A DNA stretch of 18,334 bases from a virus (Duplodnaviria > Heunggongvirae > Uroviricota > Caudoviricetes), in IMG/VR virus record IMGVR_UViG_2651869725_000022, positions 1 to 18,334 of that record. One strand, written 5' to 3'. The notes under the pieces were generated by a model, which was given only the letters and a program-made list of their open reading frames with translations, was not told the DNA's origin and did not search any database. Shown here in pieces: positions 15,066 to 18,334 of the stretch; position 1 is the first letter of the stretch; every line of letters begins with the position of its first letter. Both the position numbers and the translations under genes were made by a program.

Positions 15066-15602
15066 ATGTCATTTATCAAAACTTTTTCTGGGAAGCATTT
15101 TTATTATGACAGGATAAATAAAGACGACATCGATATTAACGATATCGCGGTTTCCCTTTCAAATATCTGTCGCTTTGCCGGTCATCTTTCGCACTTCTAC
15201 AGCGTCGCCCAACATGCGGTTCTTTGCAGCCAGCTGGTGCCGCAGGAATTTGCTTTTGAAGCGTTAATGCATGATGCAACAGAAGCGTATTGCCAGGACA
15301 TTCCCGCACCACTGAAACGCCTTCTTCCTGACTATAAACGGATGGAAGAAAAAATAGACGCCGTAATCCGTGAGAAATACGGGTTACCACCGGTTATGAG
15401 TACGCCCGTGAAATATGCCGATCTCATCATGCTGGCAACCGAACGCCGCGATCTCGGGCTTGATGATGGCTCTTTCTGGCCTGTACTGGAAGGTAGCCCG
15501 GCAACAGAGATGTTCAACGTGATTCCACTGGCTCCAGGCCATGCCTACGGGATGTTTATGGAACGCTTTAACGAATTATCGGAGTTACGCAAATGCGCAT
15601 GA
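15066..15602 (+). CDS. HD-domain phosphohydrolase (YfdR-like 5'-deoxynucleotidase)
   Basis: Preferred start MSFIKTF at 15066 (178 aa). HD-domain His...His-Asp pattern (AQHAVLCS ... ALMHDATEAY) and a later Asp consistent with metal-dependent phosphohydrolases. Confidence 0.6.
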   Translation: MSFIKTFSGKHFYYDRINKDDIDINDIAVSLSNICRFAGHLSHFYSVAQHAVLCSQLVPQEFAFEALMHDATEAYCQDIPAPLKRLLPDYKRMEEKIDAVIREKYGLPPVMSTPVKYADLIMLATERRDLGLDDGSFWPVLEGSPATEMFNVIPLAPGHAYGMFMERFNELSELRKCA

Positions 15603-15955
15603 ATGTTTTCGAAATGGAAGGATTTCTTCGCGGGAAATGTGTACCGCGAGATCTGAAAGTGAATGAAACGGATGCTGAATACCTGGTGCGTAAATTTGAT
15701 GCGCTTGAAGCTAAATGTGCAGCACTGGAAAACAAAGTAATACCAGTGTCAGCTGAACTGCCGCCAGCGAATGAAAGTGTTCTGTTATTTGATGCTAATG
15801 GAGAAGGCTGGCTGATTGGCTGGCGTTCTCTCTGGTATACATGGGGGCAAAAAGAAACCGGAGAATGGCAGTGGACATTTCAGGTCGGGGACATTGAAAA
15901 CGTCAACATCACTCACTGGGCAGTAATGCCAAAAGCACCGGAGGCTGGAGCATAA
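15593..15955 (+). CDS. YfdS-like (DUF551-type) protein
   Basis: 120 aa; start overlaps the upstream stop. C-terminal Trp-rich segment (WLIGWRSLWYTWGQKETGEWQW). Call based on size and synteny. Confidence 0.45.
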   Translation: MRMNVFEMEGFLRGKCVPRDLKVNETDAEYLVRKFDALEAKCAALENKVIPVSAELPPANESVLLFDANGEGWLIGWRSLWYTWGQKETGEWQWTFQVGDIENVNITHWAVMPKAPEAGA

Positions 15956-16764
15956 TGACCACATTTACCGATAAAGAACTGATTAAAGAAATCAAAGAAC
16001 GAATCAGCAGCATGGACGTGCGAGACAATGTTGAGCGCCGTGCTTATGAAATTGCTCTGGCATCGCTGGAAGAGGATCCGGTGGCATGGCTGCATTCAGA
16101 CAATGGCTTAGGTATTCCGGCAATAACCAGGAGTAAAAACATTGCTGACAGTTGGTTATCAAAGGGCTGGTATGTTCAGCCGCTATATATAGCCAAGCCA
16201 GTGCCGGTGGTGCCAGATGCTCGTCCGTCTTTAAATAATGGCATAGTCGGTTTTGATGAAGGCTGGAACGCCTGCCGCGCTGCCATGCTCTATGGTGCCG
16301 TACCTGCAAGCCAGGCTTACAAGTTGCCACAAACGCAGTTTAAACAGGTTGCTGACCTCTACGAAATGCAATTTGATGACGGTCGCACTTGTGCCTTTCA
16401 CACTGATGCGCAAAAGGCTGTGCAATGGCTTCAGGCGTGCGACGGAAACAGGGTTCAGGAATACGTTAAGCTGGAACGATTGCAGAACGCACTGTCTGGC
16501 AACTCTCCGGTAACTCCGGATGGTTGGGTTATGGTGCCGAAGAGACTAACAGCCGAGAACGGCGCTAAGGGGGCGCTATCCGGTGAATTTTCAGAAACTA
16601 CGTTTATAAGCTGCCTGGAATGCTTTGGCGATGATGATTGCGATACCTGTGACGGGAGCGGACGTATTGAAATTAAAGTGCCAGTCACGTGGTCGACCAT
16701 AAAATCTATCTGGGATAAAGGTATCGAGTATTTTGCAGCAAAACCATCACAAGAGGTGAAGTGA
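15955..16764 (+). CDS. Hypothetical protein with C-terminal Cys cluster (putative zinc ribbon)
   Basis: 269 aa; start overlaps the previous stop (TAATG). C-terminal CLECFGDDDCDTCDGSG. Confidence 0.45.
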   Translation: MTTFTDKELIKEIKERISSMDVRDNVERRAYEIALASLEEDPVAWLHSDNGLGIPAITRSKNIADSWLSKGWYVQPLYIAKPVPVVPDARPSLNNGIVGFDEGWNACRAAMLYGAVPASQAYKLPQTQFKQVADLYEMQFDDGRTCAFHTDAQKAVQWLQACDGNRVQEYVKLERLQNALSGNSPVTPDGWVMVPKRLTAENGAKGALSGEFSETTFISCLECFGDDDCDTCDGSGRIEIKVPVTWSTIKSIWDKGIEYFAAKPSQEVK

Positions 16765-17336
16765 TGAACAACTTAATGATCGACCTTGAGACGATGGGGA
16801 AAAATAAGGATGCACCGATCGTTTCCATTGGCGCGGTGTTCTTCACTCCAGAAACCGGAGACATCGGACAAGAATTCTATACGGTTGTTAGCCTGGAAAG
16901 TGCTATGGGGCAAGGAGCTACACCTGACGGCGATACCATCCTGTGGTGGTTGAAACAAAGCCCTGAAGCACGAGCTGCAATCTGTATTGATGATACTTTG
17001 TCGATCAGCGATGCTCTCTCAGAACTAAATCATTTCATTAACCGGCACGCAGACAATACGAAATATTTAAAAGTCTGGGGTAACGGAGCCACCTTCGACA
17101 ACGTAATTTTACGTGGAGCTTATGAGCGAGCAGGACAAATCTGCCCGTGGGCATACTGGAATGACCACGATGTACGCACGATCGTTACGCTTGGGCGTTC
17201 CATCGGATTCGACCCCAAAATGGACATGCCTTTCGATGGCGAACGGCACAACGCCCTGGCTGATGCCCGTCATCAGGCAAAATATGTTTCCGCTATCTGG
17301 CAGAAATTAATTCCTGCCACCAGCACAGAATTATGA
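16761..17336 (+). CDS. 3'-5' exonuclease, DEDD (DnaQ-like) family
   Basis: 191 aa; N-terminal MIDLETMG (Exo I motif with Asp/Glu), central WGNGATFDNVIL and C-terminal HNALADARHQAKY (Exo III His-x4-Asp) fit a DEDDh exonuclease. Confidence 0.6.
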   Translation: MMNNLMIDLETMGKNKDAPIVSIGAVFFTPETGDIGQEFYTVVSLESAMGQGATPDGDTILWWLKQSPEARAAICIDDTLSISDALSELNHFINRHADNTKYLKVWGNGATFDNVILRGAYERAGQICPWAYWNDHDVRTIVTLGRSIGFDPKMDMPFDGERHNALADARHQAKYVSAIWQKLIPATSTEL

Positions 17337-17372
17337 TTTTCCCGGGTGCAGCCGGTTTTGATGGAGAAAATT

Positions 17373-17654
17373 ATGAACACCTTGTTTTTACTGATGGCTG
17401 AATTCAATACCCCTAACATTGAACTCTCAGCAGTTAGCCAAAAGTACTTTGGCATGAGTCCAGCCACGGCAGAAGCAAAAGCAAACGCTTGTAAGTTGCC
17501 CGTTCCAACATATCGCATCGGCACATCACAAAAAGCAAAACGTTGCATCAATATTCAGGATCTTGCGGAATACATAGACAAAAGACGAGAAGAAGGACGT
17601 ATCGAGTGGGAACAGGTCAGAACAAGCAAACAGAAGGGCAAAGAACATCACTAA
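17373..17654 (+). CDS. Small DNA-binding protein, excisionase-like (PrtN/Xis-type)
   Basis: Preferred start at 17373 (GGAGAAAA RBS). The segment KLPVPTYRIGTSQKAKRCINIQDLAEYIDKRRE resembles winged-helix excisionase/PrtN-type proteins as I recall them. Last gene of the plus-strand operon, followed by a terminator. Tentative. Confidence 0.4.
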   Translation: MNTLFLLMAEFNTPNIELSAVSQKYFGMSPATAEAKANACKLPVPTYRIGTSQKAKRCINIQDLAEYIDKRREEGRIEWEQVRTSKQKGKEHH

Positions 17655-17660
17655 ATAAAA

Positions 17661-17690
17661 AACCCGCCTAAAGGCGGGTTTTCAAAAAGC
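17661..17690. terminator. Bidirectional intrinsic terminator between convergent genes
   Basis: AACCCGCC-taaa-GGCGGGTT hairpin, flanked by an A-run upstream and TTTCAAAAA downstream, so it can serve both strands. Confidence 0.6.
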
Positions 17691-17701
17691 ACCAGCTATG
17701 A

Positions 17702-17875
17702 TCATGCTGCTTTGCGACGACGAAGCTTACCCTGCTGCTCTTTACCAGAGACAGTAGCGTGAGTGAACGCATTAGGAGCAGCCTTCATCAGAACTTCAAC
17801 AGCAGCACCCATACCTGCGAATGCTTTCATTGTGTCGAACTTAACCTGTGGCTTGGTTGCTTTTTGATCTTCCAT
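17702..17875 (-). CDS. Small hypothetical protein (57 aa), absent from the supplied ORF track
   Basis: Hand translation of the minus strand gives MEDQKATKPQVKFDTMKAFAGMGAAVEVLMKAAPNAFTHATVSGKEQQGKLRRRKAA, with AGGAG 7 nt upstream of the ATG at 17875 and a stop at 17702-17704 next to the bidirectional terminator. Confidence 0.4.
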   Translation of the reverse strand: MEDQKATKPQVKFDTMKAFAGMGAAVEVLMKAAPNAFTHATVSGKEQQGKLRRRKAA

Positions 17876-17914
17876 AGAAAACTCCTGAAGTTATACCGAA
17901 ACAATTCCTGTTGT

Positions 17915-18334
17915 TTACTCATCATCAATAGATGATACGCAATATTTATTTTTAAATTTAAGGTTCTTTGGCGTAACTTCATCAGAGATATCAAAACCGT
18001 CCAGAATTCTATTGAATGTAGCTTCTGGCATATCATCATGAACAGAAATCTCACCCGATCGCTGCTTTCTAACCATGTTATCCACTCGCCAAATTATAGC
18101 TTCAGCGTAAACAACATAACTTGGATGCTTGATAAAGCGATGATCACCAGAATTCAAGACGCAAGACGGATCGTGGGGGACACCATCCTTGATACTAGAA
18201 ATATTAACAACTAAAACACAATAACAATCGTTAACGGGGTAATAAACAGGATCATTACAAATCACATGAAGATGATTGCATGGCCCAGTTGGGGCAAGCA
18301 CAGTTCCTTTCCTGTATGGCTGATAATCCGTCAT
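17915..18334 (-). CDS. Hypothetical protein (at least 139 aa; ATG coincides with the window end, may extend further)
   Basis: ORF on the minus strand in a visibly AT-rich region. Cys/His-rich (CNHLHVICNDP, CYC). No family recognised. Confidence 0.35.
   Translation of the reverse strand: MTDYQPYRKGTVLAPTGPCNHLHVICNDPVYYPVNDCYCVLVVNISSIKDGVPHDPSCVLNSGDHRFIKHPSYVVYAEAIIWRVDNMVRKQRSGEISVHDDMPEATFNRILDGFDISDEVTPKNLKFKNKYCVSSIDDE

Noticed and set aside
1-18334. CRISPR arrays, tRNA or rRNA genes, and insertion-sequence transposases
   Set aside because: No regularly spaced direct repeats with unique spacers were seen, no cloverleaf-compatible tRNA-like stretches, and no transposase-like ORFs or terminal inverted repeats. 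The only periodic repeats are the O-gene iterons and the 72-bp duplication.

Overview
The window reads as one continuous segment of a lambdoid (HK97-like, cos-packaging) enterobacterial prophage, running from the packaging module to the early-left operon. In order: start of terminase large subunit, terminase small subunit and HNH endonuclease (minus strand, 1-1150); lysis cassette of Rz/Rz1 spanins, GH19 endolysin and two holin-like membrane proteins (1656-3467); an AT-rich accessory gene bracketed by two intrinsic terminators (3558-4154); antiterminator Q; a nin-like region (DUF968, KilA-N, RusA, LexA-DNA-binding-domain-only protein, Dam methyltransferase, PerC-like); an O-like replication initiator with in-gene iterons; CII-like and Cro-like genes; a divergent operator region; a cI-type S24 repressor; a convergent AT-rich accessory gene encoding TerB-like repeats plus a BRCT domain (11434-12324); a pL-like promoter; and a plus-strand early-left operon (ClpX zinc-finger-like small protein, YfdQ/YfdR/YfdS-like proteins, DEDD exonuclease, excisionase-like protein). 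No integrase, tRNA, rRNA or CRISPR array was seen. The best candidates for undescribed biology are the two accessory loci at the classical moron positions (cI-adjacent and Q-to-lysis), the domain-mimic small proteins (LexA DNA-binding domain only, ClpX zinc finger only), and a structured GC-rich non-coding region at 13180-13613. All calls rest on reading the translated ORFs and DNA motifs by eye and from memory of protein families; no database search was run.
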